64,000 nucleotides of DNA from positions 896,001 to 960,000 of the forward strand of contig CAXXTF010000002.1 of NCBI GenBank assembly GCA_963665775.2. Reading direction: 5' to 3'. Under the pieces are notes generated by a model. The model searched no databases, was not told where the DNA came from, and saw nothing but the letters and a program-made list of their open reading frames with translations. Positions 28,412-37,410 of this stretch are shown piece after piece. The translations under genes and the position numbers were made by a program. Source of the DNA: Dehalococcoidia bacterium (GTDB taxonomy: Bacteria > Chloroflexota > Dehalococcoidia > SM23-28-2 > RBG-16-64-32). Within the stretch, counting starts at the first letter, position 1; every line of letters begins with the position of its first letter.

Positions 28412-28945
28412 TTATTCGGGTGCCCCATAGTCGCCCGGCTCTGGCAGTGCTGGCAGCGGGTCGGTCACGACTGTCGCTTCACCGTCGATGTACTCGACGT
28501 GGCTGCGAGATGATAACTCTATCATCTCGCAGATGAGTGCTATCCGTTCCGAGCCTTGACGGCCCTTAAGGGCTAGTTCCGCACGCTTCAGTATCTTGTC
28601 TACTGGGGTATTGGTGCCGGCGTTCACTGCCAGCGTCTCCTGGACTGTTAGTCCTTCAGCCTTGGCCTTCTCCTGCCAGTGTCCGAACTGCGTCTCCATG
28701 ATGTCGTAGCCCATCAAGGCGATACGGCGTTGAGCCTGGGTTATGGCCTCGTCTTCTTTCGCGGCCAATTCCGGCGAGTCTTGGCGCCATTGGCGTACTG
28801 TGCGTTGGGGTAATCCGGTCTCCTTCTCGATGCGTGTGCTGGAGTAGCCCATTAGTAGGAGGGCACGGACCTCGGCGCGCTTCTCGTTGTCGTAGGTCTG
28901 GACTACGCGGGTAGTCGCTCGTTCCGGGTCTTCTGAACGTCTCAT
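28412..28945 (-). CDS. Hypothetical protein with N-terminal HTH, small-terminase-like layout
   Basis: GYSSTRIEKETGLPQRTVRQW HTH, helical middle, IDGEATVV tail; extended -10 directly before the ATG. Confidence 0.6.
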   Translation of the reverse strand: MRRSEDPERATTRVVQTYDNEKRAEVRALLLMGYSSTRIEKETGLPQRTVRQWRQDSPELAAKEDEAITQAQRRIALMGYDIMETQFGHWQEKAKAEGLTVQETLAVNAGTNTPVDKILKRAELALKGRQGSERIALICEMIELSSRSHVEYIDGEATVVTDPLPALPEPGDYGAPE

Positions 28946-29000
28946 GAGCCTAGTGTAGCACGGCGGTTCTGTTAAGGTGCCTCGGGCATCTGGGATGGGG

Positions 29001-29219
29001 TCAGTTTGGCCGGCGGGTTAGCTTTTGCCACATGTAGATGATTGCGCGTACGACGAGTGTCCAGAAGAGGATAGCTATCACAAGGGAAAGGAAATCCGCC
29101 ACGTCTGTGGGTAAACCAGCATCTATGTATCCTCGAATGGGCAGAACTACACCTATTCCGATGCTCCATGCTTCTGACTTTCCAAACTTCACTAGACAGT
29201 CCTTATCGCGTCGTGTCAC
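29001..29219 (-). CDS. Small two-TM hypothetical protein or fragment
   Basis: Two hydrophobic stretches and a basic tail. Confidence 0.35.
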   Translation of the reverse strand: MTRRDKDCLVKFGKSEAWSIGIGVVLPIRGYIDAGLPTDVADFLSLVIAILFWTLVVRAIIYMWQKLTRRPN

Positions 29220-29331
29220 AAGCGTTTCACCGCCCTAGGGTAGCACGCGTAGCCCCGGCAGCGATTCTCCCCGCGTAGAGCCTCAGGCGGCGGGCAAGTC
29301 CTGCGGCGTCGCCTTTCCCCGCGACTGGCGA

Positions 29332-29607
29332 GATGGCGACACTGACGCAGTGGACGCCCTGAAGGTGCTGCGACAGGTGGCTGGTCTGCCCGTTACTCAG
29401 GAGGAGCCCTGCCCGAACATCGGCAGCGACGTGGAGGTCACGGAGGACGACACCACCACGATTAGGCTGTGGGGTGACGCCGACTGCGACGGCGACGTCG
29501 ATTCGATCGATTCCCTGAAGAAGCTCATAGCGGTTGCAGGCTTGCCGGTGATCCAAGAGGAGCCCTGTCCGGATATTGGTAGCCCTGTGCGGGTACTGGC
29601 TATTTAG
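29332..29607 (+). pseudogene. C-terminal dockerin-like (duplicated DxDxDG) fragment
   Basis: DGDTDAVDALKVLR...PCPNIG and GDADCDGDVDSIDSLK...PCPDIG; no N-terminal part or start signal. Confidence 0.75.
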
Positions 29608-29702
29608 ACCCGAATCCACTATGCCCTCCGCTCCATCCGCACACCAGGCTGTATCCGTAGAGCACACCGAATCACTACCAGCTGCTATATCATTAGGATG
29701 CA

Positions 29703-30149
29703 GTGCTCTATCTTGCTTACTTGGCCTACATCTTGTTCGTGGCTCTAGCGCTGCGCCGAGGCTGGTCGGCTCACCTGACCGGTGCGCATATGGTCTGGCC
29801 AATCGCAATGGTTGTGTTGCCTGCTGTGCTGGCAGGAACGTTCTATCTCCTCCTGGTAAATGACGCGGCCTCTAACGAATCGCATGATGGCGGCATCCTA
29901 CACTGGATTCTTCTTGGATATGTTCTAGGTGCATCGCTATTCATCGTCGGCTCGGCACTCGGGTTGAGAGAGCGGGACTCAGGGCTTCCCTATCGCACTC
30001 TAGGCTGGAGCATTATGGCCGGAATAACGTTGATCCCGAGCTATATCTTGTTCTTGTTCGTTCCTTTGGCTGGCCTGGTCGCGTTCTGGGTGCCTCCTCG
30101 GAAGTCCCCACGGGGTCGCCTCCTCCGCCATCGGCGAGATGCCAGCTAG
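29703..30149 (+). CDS. Hypothetical integral membrane protein, copy 2 (24 nt shorter near the 5' end)
   Basis: Near-identical to 22358-22828. Confidence 0.7.
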   Translation: MLYLAYLAYILFVALALRRGWSAHLTGAHMVWPIAMVVLPAVLAGTFYLLLVNDAASNESHDGGILHWILLGYVLGASLFIVGSALGLRERDSGLPYRTLGWSIMAGITLIPSYILFLFVPLAGLVAFWVPPRKSPRGRLLRHRRDAS

Positions 30150-31436
30150 GTCGCGGACGAAACCGGCAGCTCTACCGTCACACTGGTCCCCTCTTGCGGC
30201 ACGCTCTCAACGCGGATCGTCCCCCTGTGGCTATCGACGATCCACTTAGCGATACTCAGCCCCAGGCCGGCCCCACCAAGCTCCCGGGAACGGGACTTAT
30301 CCACCCGGTAGAAGCGATCGAAGATGTGGGGCAGCGCCTCCGACGGGATCCCCCGTCCCCTTTCGGATATCTGGATCTGAGCCCTGCCGGCGAGGGGCTG
30401 GAGGCGGACCTGTACGGAAGTACCGGAATCGCTGTACTTGATGGCGTTATCCAGCAGGATCACCAGAAGCTCTCGTAGACGGTCCGGGTCTCCCCGCACG
30501 TTCAGGGAGCCGTCGGCCTGGAGGTCGATATCGATCTCCCTGGGCTCGGCCAGCAGGCTCATCTGCCGCACGGCGTCGGCGGTCAGCTCGCCCAGCTCCA
30601 CATCGCTGAGCGAGAGCGCCGCTTGGCCGGCATCGGCGCGGGCCAGCGTCAGCATCTGGCCCACGATGCCGCTCAGGCGATCCGTCTCCCCCACGATATC
30701 ATCCAGGGAGGCCATATTGCTCTCCACGGTCTTGGCCGGGTGACGCTTGAGGAGCTCCGCGCTGGCCCGGATGAGGGAGAGCGGCGTACGCAGCTCGTGG
30801 GAGGCATCGGCCACGAAGGCCCGCTGACGGCCCATGGCGGTCTGGATAGGCGCCAGGGCACGACCAGCCAGAAGGAATCCGCCCGCCATCGCCAGGACGA
30901 AGGCGACGCCTCCTCCGATCCCCAGTATGAACAGCAGCCGCTCCAGGGCCTGCCTCTCTGACTCTGTGCTTCGACCGACCTCCAGGAACAGGGTCAGCCC
31001 ACGAGCCGCCGGGAGGGGCCGGACCAACACCCGCAGGTCGTCCCCATCCGAGGACTCCGTGTCCACGAAGCTGTGACCATCCGCTAAGGCCTGCGTCAAG
31101 GGCACCCGTGTCGGCCAGCCCGTACGGGTCGACATTTGGCGTGTTGGCCATGACTACGCCGTCTTCATCGACGAGGGCGTAGAAGTAGCCGCCCGCCGTG
31201 AAGGTAGGACCGATGGCGATGCTCGCCTGGCCACCGCCGCCTCCCCGCTCCAGCAAGGAGCGGGTCAGCCTCGGCACCTCCAGTCTCGACCGGGCCCGGA
31301 GGTCGTCGTTCACCTGGTCGAAGAGGGCGGTACGGGCGCTGAAGAAGACGGCGCCGCCGATGACGACCAGGATCAGAGCCAGTGCCGCAGCGAACCAGAG
31401 AGTGAGACGCCAGCGGGCTCTACTGAACACGGTCAA
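30146..31436 (-). pseudogene. Sensor histidine kinase (OmpR partner), frameshifted near 31100
   Basis: FVADASHELRTPL, LLDNAIKY, IFDRFYRVD, GAGLGLSIA in 30146-31135; first TM and sensor region in another frame from 31436. Confidence 0.88.
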
Positions 31437-31965
31437 TCCCCCAGGGCGTAGCCGACGCCCCGAACCGTCCTGATCAACTTACTGAGGTGATGGCGATCAA
31501 TCTTGCTGCGCAGATAGGAAACGTATACGTCCACCAGGTTGGAGTCTGTGGCGAAGTCGTATCCCCACAGGTGATCCAGTATCTGAGTCCGGGTCACCAC
31601 ACAACCCTCGTTCCGCATCAGGAATTCCAGCAGGCTGAACTCCTTGGGGCTGAGCTCTATGGCCCGCCCGGCCCGTTCGGCGCGCCGGCGTCCAGACCCC
31701 TGACCCGGTCCTGAACGCTGTCCAGGGCGGTGAGCAGAAGGACGGGCGTATCGATCCGGTTCCGACGAAGGCTCTGGCAGAGCTCGATCCCGTCCATCCC
31801 CGGCAAAAGGACATCCAGGACCAGTACGTCGTGCGAACCCTCCATCGCCATCACCAGCCCGTCCTCGCCGTCGTGGGCGGTATCTACGGTATGCCCCTCC
31901 TCCTCCAGTACCCGACGGATGACCTGGGCCAATCGCCGCTCATCTTCGACCATGAGAATGTACAT
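31433..31965 (-). pseudogene. OmpR-family response regulator with an internal deletion
   Basis: MYILMVEDE...DVLLPGMDG...GLDAGA jumps to AERAGRAIELSPKEFSLLEFLMRN...VRGVGY in another frame; the DDYxxKPF segment is missing. Confidence 0.9.
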
Positions 31966-32002
31966 GAGCCACCCTCCAAACCGATATGATAGACGCCCTT
32001 CA

Positions 32003-32061
32003 TTAAAGAAACGTTAAAGAACTGGGCTCGATACCTTAAGAAGCTCTAACCCCTCTCTAAC
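32003..32061. promoter_or_regulatory. OmpR-type direct-repeat boxes in a divergent promoter region
   Basis: TTAAAGAA at 32003 and 32014; CTCTAAC at 32044 and 32055 (both with 11-bp period). Confidence 0.55.
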
Positions 32062-32129
32062 GGCCGTTTAAGGCCTCCGCCATACGATGTCACCAGGAGC
32101 AAAGCCAAATTCCACGAGGAGGTGTTGTG

Positions 32130-32780
32130 ATGAAGAAGCTCCTGATCCTAGCAGCGGCGGTGGTGACCCTGAGCCTTACCGCCGTGGCCGCCACAGGGGC
32201 GGCTGCCGATGGGGAGGATGGCCCCTTCGGAAACTTTCTGACCAGGGTCGCCGACAAGCTCGGCATCAGCGAGGAGCAGCTGGAGACGGCCATCCAGGAT
32301 GCCCGGCTGGAGACGATAGACGAGGCGCTGGCCGAGGGTCGTATCACGGAGGAGCAGGCGGCCAAGATGAGGGAGCGCGTGCAGGAAGGCGCCAGCCTCT
32401 TCCCGAAGCGGCCGCACCATCGCCCTGGGGCCGGAGTGATAGTGGGCTCGGCAGCACAGGTGCTGGACATGGAGAAGGCCGGCCTGGTCGAACAGCTGAA
32501 GGACGGCAGCAGCCTGGCCGAGGTCGCCGAAGCGCAGGGGATGAGCGTGGAGGTTTTTACAGCCGCGCTGCTGAGCCAGACCGAGGCTCAGATCGACGAG
32601 ATGGTGGATGAGGGTAAGCTGACCGCCGAGAAGGCCGAGCGTATCTCCCAGACCATCGAGGAGAACATCGACCGCATCGTGAACGGCCATCACGAGCCCG
32701 GACGCCACCGCGGCCACTGGCACAGGGGCGGCGAGGGATCGCCCGCGCCATCCCAGACCTTCACCGAGGTAACCCTGTAG
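32130..32780 (+). CDS. Secreted helical-repeat hypothetical protein
   Basis: GAGGAGG RBS, signal peptide, VADKLGISEEQL, EGRITEEQA / EGKLTAEKA, SLAEVAEAQG. Confidence 0.85.
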   Translation: MKKLLILAAAVVTLSLTAVAATGAAADGEDGPFGNFLTRVADKLGISEEQLETAIQDARLETIDEALAEGRITEEQAAKMRERVQEGASLFPKRPHHRPGAGVIVGSAAQVLDMEKAGLVEQLKDGSSLAEVAEAQGMSVEVFTAALLSQTEAQIDEMVDEGKLTAEKAERISQTIEENIDRIVNGHHEPGRHRGHWHRGGEGSPAPSQTFTEVTL

Positions 32781-32793
32781 GCGGGCGCTGGGT

Positions 32794-32835
32794 AAGCTCG
32801 GAGAGGCCGGGGCACCCCTCGGCCTCCCCGAGCTT
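32794..32835 (+). terminator. Hairpin, probable terminator
   Basis: AAGCTCGG.GAGGCCG.GG / CCTCGGCCTC.CCGAGCTT just after the stop; no clear U-tract. Confidence 0.6.
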
Positions 32836-32889
32836 GCATGAGCTTTCCCATCGGGTCTGGCTTATTCCTTCAGCCAGAGCCCCCAACGG

Positions 32890-32926
32890 TTGACACTAGG
32901 AGCTATGAGACTAAACTGGTCTCATA
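32890..32926 (+). promoter_or_regulatory. Sigma70 promoter with a perfect palindromic operator over the -10
   Basis: TTGACA 32890-32895, TAAACT 32912-32917; TATGAGAC-N7-GTCTCATA at 32904-32926. Confidence 0.7.
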
Positions 32927-32928
32927 CT

Positions 32929-33001
32929 GCCCCAGAGTTCCAGCCAGCGAGGGCAATCCCTCTAAGAATGGGACTCAACGTCGGGCGCTCGATTTAGCGC
33001 C
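32929..33001 (+). ncRNA. Candidate structured 5' leader RNA, family not recognised
   Basis: GCCC/GGGC, GAGT(T)CCCA/TGGGACTC, GAGGG-CAAT-CCCTC, internal loop GCCAGC/TAAGAA, then GGCGCT/AGCGCC. Confidence 0.45.
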
Positions 33002-33029
33002 TGGAAGACGGGCACGAAGGCGGCACCAT

Positions 33030-34145
33030 ATGGCCGCAAGATCAATCGCAGGGATAGCTGTCGGGCTATTCGTTATGGCGATCATGGCCGCCGCGGGGAC
33101 ATTTCTGGCACGGCCGGCGCTCGCGGGCAACTTAAATGGCGATGTTACAGTAGAGGCGACTCCCCTTACCGCCATAAATCCGGTGGGCACCGTCCATGAG
33201 ATCTGGGTCACCGTAAAGATGGACGGGTCGCCATATCCTGGCGCGCCGGTGAACTGGGAAGTGACCTTCGGGCCGAATCAAGGGGAATCTGGTAGCGGAA
33301 GCACCGATTCAAACGGCGACTACCACTTTATGTACACGGGCGACAGCGGTACCGGGACCGATACCATCGTGATAACAGTGCCCGATTATAGTGCTTCTAT
33401 CGAAGTCATGAAGACCTGGGTGCCCGTAACATCAACGTCCACGCCCACGCCTACTTCGACCAGCACACCCACACCCAGCTCAACGAGTACACCCACGCCT
33501 ACTTCCACATCTCCGCCCACGTCCACACCCACACCCACGCCTACTTCGACCTCAACACCCACACCGACCTCAACGTCTATTCCGACACCGACATCTACTC
33601 CGCCGGACGGAACGCCCGATGGAACTCCGGACGGAACGCCGCCGACTTCAATAACCATCACGATGGGACCGGCAGAGGGCCCGGGCGGTGGCGGCGAGCA
33701 GACCGGCACCGTCACCCTGACGGCCGTGAACGGCCAGACTGAGGTCGTGGTCGACATCATTCCGGGCGATCCCGCGGACGAACCGCAGCCCCTACACATC
33801 CACGAAGGCTCGTGCCCCGGTGTAGGGAGTGTAGCTTTCGACCTCACCGACGGCGGTGCCGCGGGCGTGGTCGGGGGTAGTTTTACGGCAATAGTCGATG
33901 TCTCCCTCACCTCCCTCCTGGCGGGTGACTTCTCAATCAACGTCCACAAATCCACCCCAGAGATTAGCGTTTACGTCTCCTGTGGCGATATCACCGCTCC
34001 AACACCAACACCGGGTGAGCTGCCTCCCACCGGTGGACCGGCCGGCGGAAGCTCCGGGGTCCCCTGGGAACTGCTAACCGCGCTGGTCGTCGGCGGAGTG
34101 GCCCTGGCAGGCGGCGCGGTAGCGCTGAGGCGGGGCCTGCGTTAG
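33030..34145 (+). CDS. Secreted surface protein: Ig-like domain, Thr/Pro linker, CHRD/SOD-like His domain, LPxTG-type anchor
   Basis: Signal peptide; (TPTPTS)n; QPLHIHEGSC...INVHKS...VSCGDI; LPPTGG + TM + RRGLR. Confidence 0.85.
   Translation: MAARSIAGIAVGLFVMAIMAAAGTFLARPALAGNLNGDVTVEATPLTAINPVGTVHEIWVTVKMDGSPYPGAPVNWEVTFGPNQGESGSGSTDSNGDYHFMYTGDSGTGTDTIVITVPDYSASIEVMKTWVPVTSTSTPTPTSTSTPTPSSTSTPTPTSTSPPTSTPTPTPTSTSTPTPTSTSIPTPTSTPPDGTPDGTPDGTPPTSITITMGPAEGPGGGGEQTGTVTLTAVNGQTEVVVDIIPGDPADEPQPLHIHEGSCPGVGSVAFDLTDGGAAGVVGGSFTAIVDVSLTSLLAGDFSINVHKSTPEISVYVSCGDITAPTPTPGELPPTGGPAGGSSGVPWELLTALVVGGVALAGGAVALRRGLR
33420..33650 (+). repeat. Low-complexity coding repeat (Thr/Pro/Ser linker and 3x PDGT)
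   Basis: Degenerate ACACCCACGCCTACTTC units. Confidence 0.85.
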
Positions 34146-34154
34146 AACACCGCC

Positions 34155-35087
34155 TTGCGTCACAGTGAATGGGGTGGCCTGCTCATTGTGCCCCTCGCCC
34201 TGCTGCTCGCCATCATCGCCGCAGCTTGTAGCGGCGATGACGAGCGTCACCTCCAGATCCTGTTCGACTCCGAGCGAAGTGGCAACCAAGACATATTCGT
34301 GATGCGGGACGACGGCAAGGAGGTGCGGCAGCTCACGGACGCACCGGGCCGCGACTACGAGCCGAACGCCAGCGACGACGGTTCGATGATAGTGTTCGTG
34401 TCGGACCGCGCCGGCGGAGAGGGAGCGCAGCTCTACCTGATGAGGTCCGACGGCTCGGAAGTGCGGCGGCTCACCTTCAGCCAAGGGGAAAGCGACACCG
34501 TGGTGGACGATTACGCACACTGGTCGCCAGACGGAAGAACGATTGTGTTCCAGCGCACGATCATCTCCGAGATAGCCCGAGGGCGGGATGCGGACATCTG
34601 GCTCATCGACATCGAGACGGGCGAAGAGAGGCAGCTCACCGATACGCCCGATGCCTGGGACAGTACGCCCAGCTTCTCAGCGGACGGACGATCTATTCTG
34701 TTCGAGAGCAACCGCGATGGTGACTTCGACCTGTACCGACTGGACCTGGCGACATCCCGAGTTGTGAACCTGACGAACGCCGGCGGAACGGATTTGGAGT
34801 CCAGCCAGTCACCGGACGGGAGCCGGATCGCGTTCGGGTCCAACAGGGACGGGGATTTCGAGATCTACGTGATGGACGCCGACGGCAGCAACGTACGGCA
34901 GCTGACGGACAACGCAGAGCTGGACCGGTGCCCGCACTGGTCGCCGGACGGCAAGCTCATCGCGTTCTACTCGGACCGAAACGGGGACCGAGAGATCTAC
35001 GTAATGAACGCCGACGGTAGCGGCGTCCGCCAGGTCACCGACGCCCCCGGTAACGATGAGGTCCCCAACTGGTTGGTGAAGCCCTAG
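34155..35087 (+). CDS. TolB-like PD40-repeat beta-propeller lipoprotein
   Basis: Lipobox-like AAAC; repeated SPDG..IAF.S.RDGD.EIYVM..DGS.VRQLT. Confidence 0.92.
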   Translation: MRHSEWGGLLIVPLALLLAIIAAACSGDDERHLQILFDSERSGNQDIFVMRDDGKEVRQLTDAPGRDYEPNASDDGSMIVFVSDRAGGEGAQLYLMRSDGSEVRRLTFSQGESDTVVDDYAHWSPDGRTIVFQRTIISEIARGRDADIWLIDIETGEERQLTDTPDAWDSTPSFSADGRSILFESNRDGDFDLYRLDLATSRVVNLTNAGGTDLESSQSPDGSRIAFGSNRDGDFEIYVMDADGSNVRQLTDNAELDRCPHWSPDGKLIAFYSDRNGDREIYVMNADGSGVRQVTDAPGNDEVPNWLVKP

Positions 35088-35448
35088 GGGCCAAGGGGCA
35101 ACTCAGCCGTCGGTCGGGGTGGCAATCTGGCTGACAGCACCGGCACCACGATAGTTGTAAACGTTGTATACTTATGTGCGGTTTATACCATCGCTAGCTG
35201 GAGGAGCGACGTGACGCTCCTTTCTCGCGTCGCAGGGTAGACAAACAGTCCAGAGGCCAGCCTGGGGGCAGGTTGGCCTATCCGATACTCTACCCGCTGA
35301 CTCGCGGCGGGCCGCGCGGTGAAGGGGGTGATCGCTTACTGCGAGAGTCCAATGCATCCAGAGCGTCATACTTAGCTAGTGGAAAACGCGGCTCGCCCCC
35401 CAGAGTGTTCCCCGGCTGGGAGCCAGACAGTTACAGAAGGAGGATCCG

Positions 35449-36285
35449 ATGACCCAATATCACAACTCCTCGGCACTGGTGGAAACGGATTGGCTCGCCT
35501 CTAACCTCGACGACTCCGGCACCCGAGTTATCGAGGTGGACGAGGACAACGCCGCCTATGACACCACCCATATCCCCGGCGCCATCGCCTGGCACTGGCA
35601 GGATGATCTCCACGACCCCCTCAGGAGAGACATCATCGACGCCGCTGGCCTGCAGGCGCTCCTTTCGCGCTCCGGGGTCGGCGCCAACACTACGGTTATC
35701 CTCTACGGAGGCAACAACAACTGGTTCGCCGCTTACGCCTACTGGTTTCTCAAGTACCGGGGCTTCGACAACGTCAAGCTCCTCAACGGCGGACGCAAGA
35801 AGTGGGAGGGCGAAAATAGGACTATGACGGCAGACCGCCCCAGCGTAGCATCCGCTCAGCCCCCGCAGCTGGCCGGCGTTCGTCCCGAGATCCGCGCCAC
35901 CAGGGACGAAGTGCTCTCGAAGCAGGGTACCAACCAGGCCGTCTTCATCGATGTCCGCTCCCCGCAGGAGTTCAGCGGCGAGCTCTTGGCCCCACCCCAC
36001 CTGCCCCAGGAGCAGGCACAGGTACCCGGTCACATCCCGGGAGCCAAGAACATCACCTGGAGCAAGGCCGCCGCCGAGGACGGGACGTTCAGGTCACTTT
36101 CCGAGCTGCAGGAGCTATACGGCCCCGCCAGCGGCACTGAGCAGATCGCCTACTGCCGTATCGGTGAGCGCTCTTCCCACACCTGGTTCGTCCTCCACGA
36201 GCTGCTCGGCTACCAGAACGTCAAGAACTACGACGGCTCCTGGACGGAGTACGGCAGCCTGGTGGGCGTCCCCGTCGCGCGCTAG
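35449..36285 (+). CDS. Two-domain rhodanese / thiosulfate sulfurtransferase
   Basis: LVETDWL, HIPGA twice, LNGGRKKW, active-site YCRIGERS, YDGSWTEY; AAGGAGG RBS. Confidence 0.96.
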   Translation: MTQYHNSSALVETDWLASNLDDSGTRVIEVDEDNAAYDTTHIPGAIAWHWQDDLHDPLRRDIIDAAGLQALLSRSGVGANTTVILYGGNNNWFAAYAYWFLKYRGFDNVKLLNGGRKKWEGENRTMTADRPSVASAQPPQLAGVRPEIRATRDEVLSKQGTNQAVFIDVRSPQEFSGELLAPPHLPQEQAQVPGHIPGAKNITWSKAAAEDGTFRSLSELQELYGPASGTEQIAYCRIGERSSHTWFVLHELLGYQNVKNYDGSWTEYGSLVGVPVAR

Positions 36286-36289
36286 CCGC

Positions 36290-36333
36290 TACGGCACCCG
36301 TTGCCAGGCAGTTGGTTGGCGATGGGTGCCGTA
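36290..36333 (+). terminator. Strong hairpin after the sulfurtransferase
   Basis: TACGGCACCCGTTGCCA / TGGCGATGGGTGCCGTA. Confidence 0.6.
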
Positions 36334-36468
36334 CCTCGCTAGAGCCTTGCCGGGATCCTGCCCAGGCAGAACTCCAGCCTGATCTGGGAAGGGGTTGACC
36401 CAAAGAGTTCGGTGGGCCAGCGTTGAGGCTGTGGGGCAGCGCGACGCCCCCGGAGAAGGTATGCTTTT

Positions 36469-37362
36469 TTGAAGACACAAACAGCGGCCGATACGTCCAA
36501 GACCAGCCAGGAAAAGCTAAATAGTCTGAAGGCCAACCTCCGGGAGATGGGCTCGGTCATTGTGGCCTACTCCGGCGGCGCTGACAGCGCCTTTCTGGCC
36601 GCCGTCGCCAGCGAGGCGCTGGGGCAGCGGGCGCTGGCTGTCACCGCCGCGTCGCCTAGCCTCGCGCCGTCCGAGCTGCGGGAGGCGGTGTCTCTCGCCG
36701 AGCGCCTGGGGCTGAACCACCGCGTCATCGAGACCAAAGAGGTCGAGCGCGCCGATTATCTGGCCAACAATCCCAACCGATGCTTCTTCTGCAAGGACGA
36801 GCTGTACACCCACCTGACCCGTTTCGCTGCCGAGGAAGGCTTCGCGCGAGTCGCCAACGGCACCAACGTAGACGACCTGGGAGATTTCCGGCCCGGCCTG
36901 GAGGCGGCCAAGCGGTACGGCGTGTGCAGCCCCTTAGTTGAGGCTGAACTTACGAAGGCGGAGATTCGTTCCCTGTCCAAGGATATGGGTCTTCCCACCT
37001 GGGATAAGCCGGCCCAGGCCTGCTTGGCCTCGCGTATTCCTTACGGCACCAGCGTCTCAGTGGAGGCGCTCACCCGCATCGCAAAGGCTGAGGAGTTCCT
37101 GCACGATCTGGGCATCAAGCAGCTCCGCGTCAGGCATCACGACGCTATCGCCCGAATTGAAGTGGAGCCGCAAGATTTTCCGCGCATCTTGGATGAGGGC
37201 ACCCGGAAGCGAGTCAGCGAGTACTTCCGTTCCATAGGCTACGCCTACGTCACGCTGGATCTGGAGGGCTTCCGTTCTGGCAGCCTTAACGAGGTTCTCC
37301 CATCGCTGGGGGAGAAAGGGGGCGCTATGGCTGAGGACGTAATACCGTTACACGCCAGTTAG
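36469..37362 (+). CDS. larE: ATP-dependent sulfur insertase LarE
   Basis: PP-loop AYSGGADS, RCFFCK, GTNVDDLGDFRPG, ACLASRIPYG, LRVRHH, GFRSGS. Confidence 0.93.
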   Translation: MKTQTAADTSKTSQEKLNSLKANLREMGSVIVAYSGGADSAFLAAVASEALGQRALAVTAASPSLAPSELREAVSLAERLGLNHRVIETKEVERADYLANNPNRCFFCKDELYTHLTRFAAEEGFARVANGTNVDDLGDFRPGLEAAKRYGVCSPLVEAELTKAEIRSLSKDMGLPTWDKPAQACLASRIPYGTSVSVEALTRIAKAEEFLHDLGIKQLRVRHHDAIARIEVEPQDFPRILDEGTRKRVSEYFRSIGYAYVTLDLEGFRSGSLNEVLPSLGEKGGAMAEDVIPLHAS

Positions 37363-37410
37363 GACATGGAACGGCCACCAATCATCATAAAACACAAGGG
37401 GCGCAATAAG

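Noticed and set aside
22850-29300. Classical integron cassette array (co-oriented small genes)
   Set aside because: No tyrosine integrase and no convincing RYYYAAC...GTTRRRY attC sites were seen between the genes
22337-30185. Diversity-generating retroelement TR/VR pair
   Set aside because: Mismatches are not adenine-specific (many C/T changes) and no reverse transcriptase is present; the same applies to the 387-bp repeats
35330-35440. SAM-I riboswitch upstream of the sulfurtransferase (ATCCAGAG seen)
   Set aside because: The remaining conserved elements (kink-turn, GCAACC, GTGC) are absent
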